Assembly (NCBI GenBank): GCA_052039425.1
Contig: JBQGED010000156.1
Coordinates: 1 to 13,661 of the forward strand
Origin: Sphingobacterium griseoflavum
GTDB lineage: Bacteria > Pseudomonadota > Gammaproteobacteria > Pseudomonadales > Cellvibrionaceae
Length of the DNA: 13,661 nt
Direction of reading: 5' to 3'
Shown: positions 1 through 8,426 of the stretch, piece by piece
Layout of the letters: each line of letters opens with the position of its first letter
Position numbering within the stretch: the first letter of the stretch is position 1
Translations under genes and position numbers: made by a program
Notes under the pieces: generated by a model
What the model was told of the DNA's origin: nothing
Database searches by the model: none
Seen by the model: the letters and a program-made list of their open reading frames with translations, nothing else

Positions 1-2
1 CT

Positions 3-137
3 TTGATGAGTGGCGATGATATGGTGATTTCCGGCCTGAAGAACAAGGCACAGATCGCCGCGAGCAGTATTACGCCGGATAGTTTGGTCGCCAAAGCCAT
101 GTTAAAGCAGCAGGCGCCGCGCGGTAATTCCAATTAA
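3..137 (+). CDS. 3' end (about 44 codons) of an unidentified gene entering from upstream of the window
   Basis: Frame 3 is open from the window edge to TAA at 135-137 (…ISGLKNKAQIAASSITPDSLVAKAMLKQQAPRGNSN*). A strong intrinsic terminator follows about 20 nt downstream. No recognisable motif in the fragment. Confidence 0.3.
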   Translation: MMSGDDMVISGLKNKAQIAASSITPDSLVAKAMLKQQAPRGNSN

Positions 138-152
138 AAAAATTCCACCAAT

Positions 153-184
153 AAAAAAGCCGCCATCAGGCGGCTTTTTTTATC
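153..184. terminator. Bidirectional rho-independent terminator shared by the convergent genes ending at 137 (+) and 202 (-)
   Basis: A-run (153-158), stem AGCCGCC (158-164) / loop ATCA / GGCGGCT (169-175), then T-run 175-183. Read on the minus strand it is again stem + T-run, 19 nt past the TGA (202-204) of the giant minus-strand gene. Confidence 0.8.
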
Positions 185-201
185 TATCGCGGATTCCGCA
201 A

Positions 202-3200
202 TCAGCTCGGCTTCGGATCAGGCTTGCGCGGTTCGCGTAATTGTTTTTTCTGCTCCGCCAATTCCTTTTGAATTTTGAGTTCGATATCCGCCAGCTGCTT
301 GGAGATGTCCTGCATTTTGTAATGGGTACGCAGATCGATTTCCAGCTTTTTATCCATACTGCGCACAATCGGATACAGGCTCTGCTCGATGGACGCGGTT
401 AATGTCTCCAGCAATTTATCGAGGCCGGGCACCGGCTGGTTGATCACTTCCACATTGGGGCGATTGGCGGCAATCGTGTTTTGGATTTTGCCGACCAGGT
501 CGAGCAGAAGTTTTTGCTGCTCTTCCTGACGACGTTTCTCCACTTTTGCGTCGCTTTCTGTGGTACTCGGTGCGCGCGCGGTTTCTGCCAAGTCGCGCAC
601 GCCGCCGACGAGATCAGCGAGTTGCACCACGATTTTACTGCCGGTATCCGCGTCGTCCCCGCCCATGGCTTTGTTGCGCAGAAAATCCGCTTTGATCTGC
701 TCCCAGCGGGCTTTTTGTTCCGCCGTGAGCGCGCCGCGAATTTCCGCCAGTTTCAGTAGATTTTCCTCCGCACCGGAAGTCAGTAATTGCGCTTCGCCGA
801 GATAGTGATCGGCGATCATCTGCTGCAGCTCCTGCTCGTTCATCACCGACGCAATCTTTTCCGCCATCTTGTTCATATTGCGATAACTGCCCTGCAATTT
901 GAACGGCGGTTCTGTGCGGTATTTTTCCGCCTGTGCCGCGGAAACGATGTACTGGCGATTCACCTTCATAACGATATCCCGCACCATAAATAGCTTGCGC
1001 AGCACATCGACAATTTCGCTGACTTCCGCCGCGCTGTAGCTGTGGGATAAATCGGTGGTGGCGATATTTTCGCCCTGCGCCATTTTGACAAACTTGTACA
1101 GATCCTGCAGATCCCGCGTCGCGAGCGGTGCGAGAACCGGATTGGAAGTGAGGCAGTTTTCGATATAGCTCAGCTCAAACTGTTCTTCCATGCCGCCGAG
1201 AATATCACCGAGGTTATAAATATCCGCGCGGTTGGCCAGCATATCCGGAATTTTGAACACCTCACCGGATTCCGTATAAGGGTTGCCCGCCATCACCACG
1301 CAGAATTTGCGTCCGCGCATATCGTAGGTCTTGGTTTCGCCGCGCCAAACGCCCTCGATACGGCGGGTGCCGTCACACAGGGAAATAAATTTCTGCAGAA
1401 ATTCCGGATGGGTGTGCTGAATATCATCGAGATAGAGCATCACGTTATTGCCCATCTCCAACGCCAGATTGAGCTTGTTCAACTCCTGGCGCGCAGTGGC
1501 GTTGGGCGCCTGCGCGGGATCGAGGGACAGCACATCGTGACCGAGCGCCGGGCAGTTAATGCGCATAAAAATCAGCCCCAGGCGATTGGCCACATATTCC
1601 ATCAAAGTGGTTTTACCGTAGCCCGGTGGCGAGATCATCATCAACAGACCCATAAGGTCCGAGCGCTTATTTTCGCCGACCGTACCCATTTGCTTGGCGA
1701 GGTTATCGCCGATAATCGGCAAATAGGATTCGGTAATCAGCCAGTTGCGCACAAATGAGGTGAGCGGCCGCGCCTTAAAATCTTGCAGGCGCAGCTGGCG
1801 GCGCTGGCCTTCGACAAACTGCTGGCGCGCGGCGAGAAAACGGCGATAGGCTGGAATAAATTCTCTGCGGTGGCGCTCCACCTTTTCCAAAAAGGCATCC
1901 ACCGACAATGACAGACTGCGCTCTTTGATCAATGCATGCTCACCGAGCAGACCCTCAATGCGAAATTCCAGATCGATCTGAGTCATTCTGCGGTCGAGGC
2001 GCTGATCGGCATTGAGCAACGCTATGGCTTCAGGAATATAGCGACGCAAATGCTGCAAGCCGCGATTTTCCACCATGGCGGAAAACCAAGCCTGGGATAG
2101 ATCCCAACGGGCGGAGGGCAATCCAACCAATTTATCCAACGCGCTTTGATAGCGACGCCAGGCCGCATCGTCCAAGGAGCGGCGCAATTCCTCCGTCAAT
2201 ATCTGCGCATAGCGGCTGCCAATAAATTCCAGCCGTTCGCGGCCCAATTCCAATACCAGATATTCGGCGGCGCGCACCCTTGTCAGCGCATTGATCGGCA
2301 GTGGATGCGCTTCGACAAATGCCGCCATAGCCGCTTGAATTTCCCGCGCAAGAATATCCGCCGCTTGCTGGCTGCCAAAGACACGCTGCATATGCGCAGC
2401 GGACTGCGCCCGTTCGCTCCAGGTTTGCCAATTCATAGGAGTTTTGATTTGCGCGGAAAAGGATTCCAGATTGGCCCAGAATTTCTGCGCAAAACCGCGA
2501 CTCAATGGATCAAAGCGCAATAAATCCGCCTGTTCAAGCGCTGGCAATAACGTTTGCAGAATCAGCGCGGCATCGTGATCGTGAATACCTTTTTCATAGC
2601 CTTCGCGGTAACGCTGGGCGGCATAATCCCGCACCAAGCGTTGCATGGCAGCCGAACCGAGCAAGGCACTTTTGAGCTGCTCACTATTGAGCCCGTCAGT
2701 ATTGTGCTCTGCGGCGTAAATGATGCTGGCGGCAAGATATTCCGCCCGATAAATATCCGGGCTTTCCGACTCCAAGGTCACGGTCCAAAACGCTTTGAGC
2801 TCATTCAAAGCCGGGTCGTCGACCTGCTGGTAATATTCCGTACCGGTGAGATGGAGATACAGGGAATCCTGGCGCGGAATCAGGGTGAGATCCAATTCCT
2901 GCGTATTGACGCTGAATTTATGCCGTGGCCCGAGTTTGACCACATTGCCGCCGGCTTCAAATAAATCGCTTTTATCACGCAGGGAGCGCGCGCCTTGATC
3001 GCGAATACTTTTGAATTTCGCCTCCACGTCATCCGCTTTGACGGCGTTATCCAGTTCGCGCAACTGGGCGACAAATTCGCGCACCTTTTGCACCATGGCG
3101 TCGGCTGCGAAAAACGTATTCAGCTGCTGCGCGTCGGTAAATTTCTGCGCGCGCCGTTCGATGCTGGTGAGCACCCGCGACGCAGCATCCACCACTGCCT

Positions 3201-5523
3201 GCGCCTTGCGCTGGCGCTCGTCGAGCAATTGCTGTTTGTGTGCCTCAAAGGTCTCGTAAATTTCCTCGCGCTTGGCAACTATATCGGCGAGAAATTCCTC
3301 GCGGTCGGCAAACTGGCTTTCCAATTCCTCCAACTGCACCAGCAGGCGTGCCATTTGTTCATCGCAAGCCTCGGGTGTGGAAGCCAGACCTATGGCATTG
3401 GCGATGCTTTGGGACAGCAATTTAAATTGCGCGCCGAACTGCGCCACCGCCTCCGCCGAACCAAAACTTTTTTGTTTGTGCCCCGCCTGTGCTTTGCATT
3501 GATTCAACTTGGCGTATACCGCCGCTATGCCATCAATAATGCGCGTATGGACCGTCGCGTCGCCCACTTTGAGCGTAGCCAATAATTCGGTCAACAAATC
3601 CAGACCGGAAGCCATGCTGTCAATCTGCTGCAACAGCGGCGCAAGTTCAGCGACGGTCGTAACAACGTCCAGATCGCGATAAAACTGCTCGATGCGCTCC
3701 TCGTAGGGGCGCAAGGCGCGCTCGTCCGCGAGAAAAGCCACGGTTTTCTCACTGATGGCATTTTGCTGTTCCAACAGCTGCTGTTCCAGTTGCTCGATGC
3801 GAGCGACGTCAATGTAGCGGTGATCGCGAATGGTGGCGAGATGACCGCGCTGGCGGCGGATTGCATCCAGTGCGCGTACGTGATCGTCGGTGGTTTCCCA
3901 ATTCGATGTTCGGATAAACGCCAGCAGCTGATTTTGCTGCTGCTCCGCGCCCGCCAGTGCTTGCACGGATTGCTGGCGAATATTTTCGACTTTTTCAAAT
4001 TCGTCGATGGCCAGTTCGGCGGTTTTGCCAATTTCCGACAACAGCGGTTTCAAGCTGGCAGTGTCGGCGTCGCCAATCCAATAATGATCATCAAAAATCT
4101 TCAGTGCGGCTTTGCGCAATTCTTCATAGAGACGCAAAGTCACCGATTGGTTATCGATAATGCGCGCTACCGCAAATAAATCCGCGATGCCACGCACCAG
4201 CTCCGCATTGCCGACGCGTCCCAGAAATGTCTGTTTGGGCGGTTCGCGGCTGGCATGCTCCGCACTGAAAAACGGCGTGCGCCACACCTGCATGGGATGA
4301 ACCCTTGTCGGCTCCGGCACCGCGGCAAAAATGACCAGCGTGCCGTCTTCGGCCAAGGCATAACCATCACCGTAAATCGGATTCTGCAGGGTTTTGTTAA
4401 TCATGTTGTAGGCGAAAAGGCCCACCAACCCCGCCTTGGCCTCATAAAATACGTAGAGCACATCCTCGCCGTTGGGCGAGCGGATCATGCGGCTGAACAA
4501 CATGTCACGACTGCCGTCATCAAACGTTTTGTACTGTCCCGTCTGCAAATAATAGCCTCCGGGAAAAACAATGCCGTGATCCTCCGGCAACTGCACACAG
4601 GACGCGCCTATGGCGTCTATGCGTTGAACTTCGCGGGTGAGCTTATTGAAAACCAGATAGCGCCACGCGGTTTCGCGGTAAGGCAGAATTTTCAGCAGAA
4701 TCAAACTGCCGAGTTCGGCATACCAGAATTCACCATCGTCGATAGACTGATTGAGATCTTCCACCGGTTCGCGATAAATACCGAGACCGCTCTCGGTATT
4801 GTTTTCGATTTTTACCGTGAGGTCGCCACCGACGGTTTCAACGAAAATCTGATTGAGAATATTGACGTGTGGATGTTTGCCGTTGACCACCTGATCGCGA
4901 GTGGTTTTAGTCCATTCGAAATCAAATGCCGGTGGCAGTTGAATATCGCGTTCACCGCGATTGTCGATGTAGATTACCTGCTTCGCATCCGCAGACAGAT
5001 TCCAACGAAACACCCGCATGTCGCTGCGCCGTTCGCCAATCTGGAATGCTGCCAATAATTTGCCGTTGCGCACTGCGAGCTGCACCAAATGCGTATGCTT
5101 GTAGTAGCGGTACAACTCTTCGAAGTCTCGCTGAAACGCAGGTTCAGTGAGAAAAGTGCCGGCGAGAGGAATTTCCTGCATCGCGGCATCATCACCGCTC
5201 CCTTCAAGCCGGAATAATGCAAAAACGTCGGCGACGCGAGTTTCGGTTTTCAAGCCGAGAAAAACGTTATAGCCGAACAGCAAAACATTCCCGACCTGAA
5301 CTATGTCGCGAGGAATGCAATTATTTTCCGTGCGCACGCGGACGCGCGCTGCGACCGCCATTTCCGAATGGCCGAATTCCCCCAGCCGCGCCTGGTTGAG
5401 TGCTGAGGTGAGGATTTTGAGTTGTTCGCCCTGCTCGGTCAGACGCCGCCGAATGATGTCATAGGCACCACCTTCCGCCACCGCTTGGTCAAATTGAGAA
5501 TTATCCGGATCTATGACCGCCAT
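202..5523 (-). CDS. Giant (about 1773 aa) multidomain AAA+ ATPase: N-terminal beta-rich domain, long coiled-coil region, MoxR/AAA_5-type ATPase core, C-terminal helical tail
   Basis: Continuous ORF. The ORF track starts at a TTG (5565). The first ATG is 14 codons downstream (plus-strand CAT at 5521-5523), preceded by AGGGA 7 nt upstream, and is taken as the start. AAA+ motifs by eye: Walker A ISPPGYGKTTL (codons at about nt 1609-1638), Walker B VMLYLDDIQ, sensor/second region VVMAGNP…IPDMLANRADI. These align motif-for-motif with MoxR (GVPGVGKT / LLADEINRA / VIATQNP…LDRF). Residues about 470-1250 are A/E/Q/R/L-rich helical repeats. Residues about 15-465 are beta-rich (e.g. GDGYALAEDGTLVIFAAVPE). 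Confidence 0.85.
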   Translation of the reverse strand: MAVIDPDNSQFDQAVAEGGAYDIIRRRLTEQGEQLKILTSALNQARLGEFGHSEMAVAARVRVRTENNCIPRDIVQVGNVLLFGYNVFLGLKTETRVADVFALFRLEGSGDDAAMQEIPLAGTFLTEPAFQRDFEELYRYYKHTHLVQLAVRNGKLLAAFQIGERRSDMRVFRWNLSADAKQVIYIDNRGERDIQLPPAFDFEWTKTTRDQVVNGKHPHVNILNQIFVETVGGDLTVKIENNTESGLGIYREPVEDLNQSIDDGEFWYAELGSLILLKILPYRETAWRYLVFNKLTREVQRIDAIGASCVQLPEDHGIVFPGGYYLQTGQYKTFDDGSRDMLFSRMIRSPNGEDVLYVFYEAKAGLVGLFAYNMINKTLQNPIYGDGYALAEDGTLVIFAAVPEPTRVHPMQVWRTPFFSAEHASREPPKQTFLGRVGNAELVRGIADLFAVARIIDNQSVTLRLYEELRKAALKIFDDHYWIGDADTASLKPLLSEIGKTAELAIDEFEKVENIRQQSVQALAGAEQQQNQLLAFIRTSNWETTDDHVRALDAIRRQRGHLATIRDHRYIDVARIEQLEQQLLEQQNAISEKTVAFLADERALRPYEERIEQFYRDLDVVTTVAELAPLLQQIDSMASGLDLLTELLATLKVGDATVHTRIIDGIAAVYAKLNQCKAQAGHKQKSFGSAEAVAQFGAQFKLLSQSIANAIGLASTPEACDEQMARLLVQLEELESQFADREEFLADIVAKREEIYETFEAHKQQLLDERQRKAQAVVDAASRVLTSIERRAQKFTDAQQLNTFFAADAMVQKVREFVAQLRELDNAVKADDVEAKFKSIRDQGARSLRDKSDLFEAGGNVVKLGPRHKFSVNTQELDLTLIPRQDSLYLHLTGTEYYQQVDDPALNELKAFWTVTLESESPDIYRAEYLAASIIYAAEHNTDGLNSEQLKSALLGSAAMQRLVRDYAAQRYREGYEKGIHDHDAALILQTLLPALEQADLLRFDPLSRGFAQKFWANLESFSAQIKTPMNWQTWSERAQSAAHMQRVFGSQQAADILAREIQAAMAAFVEAHPLPINALTRVRAAEYLVLELGRERLEFIGSRYAQILTEELRRSLDDAAWRRYQSALDKLVGLPSARWDLSQAWFSAMVENRGLQHLRRYIPEAIALLNADQRLDRRMTQIDLEFRIEGLLGEHALIKERSLSLSVDAFLEKVERHRREFIPAYRRFLAARQQFVEGQRRQLRLQDFKARPLTSFVRNWLITESYLPIIGDNLAKQMGTVGENKRSDLMGLLMMISPPGYGKTTLMEYVANRLGLIFMRINCPALGHDVLSLDPAQAPNATARQELNKLNLALEMGNNVMLYLDDIQHTHPEFLQKFISLCDGTRRIEGVWRGETKTYDMRGRKFCVVMAGNPYTESGEVFKIPDMLANRADIYNLGDILGGMEEQFELSYIENCLTSNPVLAPLATRDLQDLYKFVKMAQGENIATTDLSHSYSAAEVSEIVDVLRKLFMVRDIVMKVNRQYIVSAAQAEKYRTEPPFKLQGSYRNMNKMAEKIASVMNEQELQQMIADHYLGEAQLLTSGAEENLLKLAEIRGALTAEQKARWEQIKADFLRNKAMGGDDADTGSKIVVQLADLVGGVRDLAETARAPSTTESDAKVEKRRQEEQQKLLLDLVGKIQNTIAANRPNVEVINQPVPGLDKLLETLTASIEQSLYPIVRSMDKKLEIDLRTHYKMQDISKQLADIELKIQKELAEQKKQLREPRKPDPKPS

Positions 5524-5577
5524 ATTTTTTCCCTGTATGTGTGCTGCATGGAATGCGGGACTCAATGTGCAGAATCA

Positions 5578-5606
5578 GCGCCGCCACGCTCGCTGCAGGG
5601 CGGCGC
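5578..5606 (-). other. GC-rich hairpin in the 89-nt gap between the flotillin gene and the giant ATPase gene
   Basis: GCGCCGCC (5578-5585) / 13-nt loop / GGCGGCGC (5599-5606). No U-run follows, so it is not a canonical terminator. It could be an intra-operon stability or processing element. Confidence 0.3.
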
Positions 5607-5612
5607 CGGATA

Positions 5613-7586
5613 TTAACCGGCTGTCAAGTCGGTTGCGGAGTTGGTAGCGTTGCCCGTAGCCTTGTGGCCGGTGAGGGAGAGGACGCTTTCCAGAATATTG
5701 GCGATGGTACTGCTCTTGGTGGCAAGGCCATCCACCGCTTTGCCGATGGAAAGCGATTTGGCGAAATTGTCGAAGAAATGCTCTTCACCGCCGACAATAT
5801 CGATTTTCGCTTTCGCCAATGCGGTGGCGAGCACCTCGGCATTTTCCTTGGCAATTTCTTTGCCCGCCTCGATGGACGCAATCGCTTCTTTGAATGCGGT
5901 TTCCAACGTCATGCGGAATTCTTCGTGCTGACGTGTCTGCTCACTCATTTGGCTCATGGCAGTAAATTTATCTTCCAGACCATCGGCCTCTGCCTTGTAT
6001 TTCTCGCGCACCACTTCGGCTTCGGCGATACCCACCTGACGTTTGGCCAGTGCTTCCGACTCGCCGCGCAGCGCGACAACCTTCGCTTCCGCTTCACCGG
6101 TATTTTTGATGACGTTGGCGTCGGCCTCACCTTTGGCCGCAATTACGCGCGCTTCCGCCAGCCCTTCTTTTTCCATAGCGTCGGCCTTGGCTTCCTGCAC
6201 TTTGGCGGCCGCCAGTCCTGGGGCGGCTTGTTCAGCCTGCACACCTTCGGCCATTTTCTTCTTGGCGTCGGCTTCTTTTGCGGCGGCGTCGAGGCGCGCC
6301 TGAGCCAGCGTGGTAATTTCCACAGATTTGTGTTTCGCCGCCAATTCTTCGGCTTCCGCCGCTTTCACCTGTTTGACTTTCTCTTCTTCCGCAGAAGCCT
6401 GAGCTTCCAATACCTGGATTTGGCGGCGGCGATCCGCCTCGGACACTTCGCGCACTTCTTTGATTTTTTCTTCCTCGATGGCGACGGTTTTGTCCACCGC
6501 AACGCGCTCGCGGATCACGTTGGCAATTTCCTTGCGCTCGATTTCGATGGCTTTTTCCGCTTCTATTCGCTGGATTTCCACTTCGCGTTCGCGCGATACA
6601 ATTTCCAGGTCGCGGGCGCGAGTGACTTTTTCCTGCTCGATCACCACAGCGCGCTGGCGATTCTGCTCGGCCACCTCCACTTCGCGCTTCTGATTTTCCG
6701 TCTGTACCAACAGTTCCTGGTCCACTTGAATGGTGGCGGACTGAGCTTTTTTACGCTCCTCTTCCTGCACGCGTTTCGTCTCAGCCTGTTCGCGAGCCTG
6801 AATAGTGGCAATTTCGCGCGCTTGGCGTGCTTCAGCATCTTTTTGCTGACGCTCAAGCTCCAACATGGCTTCCGTGGTTTCCACGTTTTTCTTTTTGATC
6901 GCCAACTCTTCGTCGCGTTCGAGCATATTGGTCTTGATATTCTGCTGCGCGGTCAATTCGGTGATTTTGCGAATACCTTCGGCGTCGAGAATATTGTGTG
7001 GATCAAGCGAGCTTTTCGGCGTCTGCTCGAGATAGTCGATGGCCACGTCCTCCAACACATAACCATTCAAGTCGTTGCCGATCACCTGAATGATTTTGTC
7101 ACGGAAATCCTGCCTGTCTTGAAACAGGCGGACAAATTCAATTTGTTTACCAACAGATTTCAGGGCTTCGGAAAACTTGGCGTTGAACAGCTCATTCACG
7201 GCGTGTTTGTCCGACGCGCGGCTGGCACCCAGCGACTTGGCGACTTTCAGCACGTCTTCCGGGGTTTCATTTACGCGCAGATAAAAAGCGACAGTAATAT
7301 CCGCGCGCATATTGTCGGCACAAATCAGGCCGTCTTTGCCGCGCCTGTCCACCTCAAGCGTGATCAGCGATATTTTCATCAATTCTTTTTTATGAATAAC
7401 AGGCCACACCCACGCACCGGTAAAAAATACCTTCGGGCGGGAAGTGGTGTCGTTCTTGATCAACGCAGTCCCCTGCTCGACCTTGATATAAAAGGCCTTG
7501 GCCAAAGCGGCAATCGCGATCAGCGCAAGAATGAGGATACCGACCACGGTCAATATCATCAGGAAAACTGGGGTGGATTCAGACAT
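5613..7586 (-). CDS. SPFH/band-7 flotillin-family membrane protein (YqiK-like), 657 aa, with an unusually long Ala/Glu/Lys-rich coiled-coil
   Basis: ATG at 7584-7586 with AAGGAG 5-10 nt upstream. N-terminal TM helix (VFLMILTVVGILILALIAIAALA). SPFH core motifs resemble E. coli YqiK (…LITLEVDRRGKDGLICADNMRADITVAFYLRV…). A long EA/KA-rich helical region follows. Stop is TAA at 5613-5615. Confidence 0.9.
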   Translation of the reverse strand: MSESTPVFLMILTVVGILILALIAIAALAKAFYIKVEQGTALIKNDTTSRPKVFFTGAWVWPVIHKKELMKISLITLEVDRRGKDGLICADNMRADITVAFYLRVNETPEDVLKVAKSLGASRASDKHAVNELFNAKFSEALKSVGKQIEFVRLFQDRQDFRDKIIQVIGNDLNGYVLEDVAIDYLEQTPKSSLDPHNILDAEGIRKITELTAQQNIKTNMLERDEELAIKKKNVETTEAMLELERQQKDAEARQAREIATIQAREQAETKRVQEEERKKAQSATIQVDQELLVQTENQKREVEVAEQNRQRAVVIEQEKVTRARDLEIVSREREVEIQRIEAEKAIEIERKEIANVIRERVAVDKTVAIEEEKIKEVREVSEADRRRQIQVLEAQASAEEEKVKQVKAAEAEELAAKHKSVEITTLAQARLDAAAKEADAKKKMAEGVQAEQAAPGLAAAKVQEAKADAMEKEGLAEARVIAAKGEADANVIKNTGEAEAKVVALRGESEALAKRQVGIAEAEVVREKYKAEADGLEDKFTAMSQMSEQTRQHEEFRMTLETAFKEAIASIEAGKEIAKENAEVLATALAKAKIDIVGGEEHFFDNFAKSLSIGKAVDGLATKSSTIANILESVLSLTGHKATGNATNSATDLTAG

Positions 7587-7627
7587 GGTAGTGCTCCTTT
7601 CTTAATGAAACTTTATTTTGAAAATCC

Positions 7628-7661
7628 GCTAATTGTGGAAATCTGCTAATTGTGGAAATCT
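7628..7661. repeat. Perfect 17-bp tandem duplication (GCTAATTGTGGAAATCT x2) straddling the stop codon of the NfeD/YqiJ-like gene
   Basis: Copy 1 is at 7628-7644 and copy 2 at 7645-7661, followed by a partial third start (GCT). The downstream (higher-coordinate) copy encodes the C-terminal EADFHN* of the minus-strand gene. The other copy lies in the 3' intergenic region before the flotillin RBS. Confidence 0.85.
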
Positions 7662-8308
7662 GCTTCGGAGACGACGCGATATACGTTTTCGCCCGCGACA
7701 TATTCCAGCAGTACGACTTTATCGCCGCGCTTAAAACTTTCATCCTTATAGGCGCGAACTTTGACGATCAACCCCGCCCCGCCGTCTTCAACATAGGCCT
7801 CGCCGAAATTGCGATTGACTTCACCTGTGCGCACTGTTGCCACTTGACCGAGGACCTGCTTCTGAACCTCCTGGTTGGTCGCAACGAAAATTGGGCGTAA
7901 AGGTTTGATCAATACGGCGGTTATTAAGGCAGCGACATACAGCGCCGCGATAATGACCGGTATTCCGAGCAGCAGCTGCAACCAGCGGAAAGGCACAAAG
8001 GGGTAAATAAAAAACACCACCAGAAAACACAGCATCCAACCGCTCAGGGAAATCAGGGAGATAACGATGGTGATTGGCACGCCGTTGAGGCCGAGGCGAA
8101 AAAGCAATCCGGAGAAGACATTCAAACTCGTCACTGAATCGGCGGCGTCCATATCCAGATCAAATGCCTCAATGCCGACAAATCCCAACATGGTCAACAG
8201 CCAATACGCCACCGACAAAATCAGGAAAAAAGTAAAGAACACCGTAGGAAAGGAAAAAATGATGTTAAGAAAAATATCCATTTGATCGCTCAGCAATATG
8301 GCAAACAT
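7646..8308 (-). CDS. NfeD-family inner-membrane protein (YqiJ-like): multi-TM N-terminal part plus C-terminal OB-fold beta domain
   Basis: ATG at 8306-8308 preceded by AGGAAGGA. Three to four hydrophobic segments (FFTFFLILSVAYWLLTMLGFVGI; LISLSGWMLCFLVVFFIYPF; LLLGIPVIIAALYVAALITAVLI). C-terminal GQVATVRTGEV…GDKVVLLEY is typical of the short NfeD OB-fold. The position immediately upstream of a flotillin gene matches the yqiJ-yqiK arrangement. Confidence 0.8.
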   Translation of the reverse strand: MFAILLSDQMDIFLNIIFSFPTVFFTFFLILSVAYWLLTMLGFVGIEAFDLDMDAADSVTSLNVFSGLLFRLGLNGVPITIVISLISLSGWMLCFLVVFFIYPFVPFRWLQLLLGIPVIIAALYVAALITAVLIKPLRPIFVATNQEVQKQVLGQVATVRTGEVNRNFGEAYVEDGGAGLIVKVRAYKDESFKRGDKVVLLEYVAGENVYRVVSEADFHN

Positions 8309-8364
8309 ATGTCCTTCCTAGTGGTTGTTCGGGAAGTTCGGCTTCTCGAATGGACCACTCATCC

Positions 8365-8385
8365 CTGGCGGCGCAGGGCCGCCAG
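8365..8385 (-). other. Short GC hairpin in the 118-nt gap between the pspA-like and nfeD-like genes
   Basis: CTGGCGGC / GCAGG / GCCGCCAG inverted repeat with no U-run. This is the longest intergenic gap inside the operon. Confidence 0.25.
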
Positions 8386-8426
8386 TATAGCGCCTAGGGG
8401 TTTACCCGATGGCAGAAGCCAAGGTG

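Noticed and set aside
2995-5058. Plus-strand ORFs of 196, 267, 138 aa and others (2995..3585, 4255..5058, 3763..4179, 2554..2964 etc.)
   Set aside because: All are embedded antisense within the 1773-aa minus-strand gene, which has clear AAA+ motifs and a continuous frame. They are typical GC-rich shadow ORFs.
5524-5565. TTG start at 5565 for the giant gene, as used by the ORF track
   Set aside because: An ATG 14 codons downstream (5521-5523) has a better-placed purine-rich SD (AGGGA, 7 nt upstream). The TTG has no obvious SD. The ATG is chosen as the start, though the TTG cannot be excluded.
5541-7649. 702-aa plus-strand ORF
   Set aside because: It lies entirely antisense to the flotillin gene. 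Its Phe/Arg/Leu/Gly-rich low-complexity translation is the mirror of the Ala/Glu/Lys-rich coiled-coil codons. It has no RBS or motif support.
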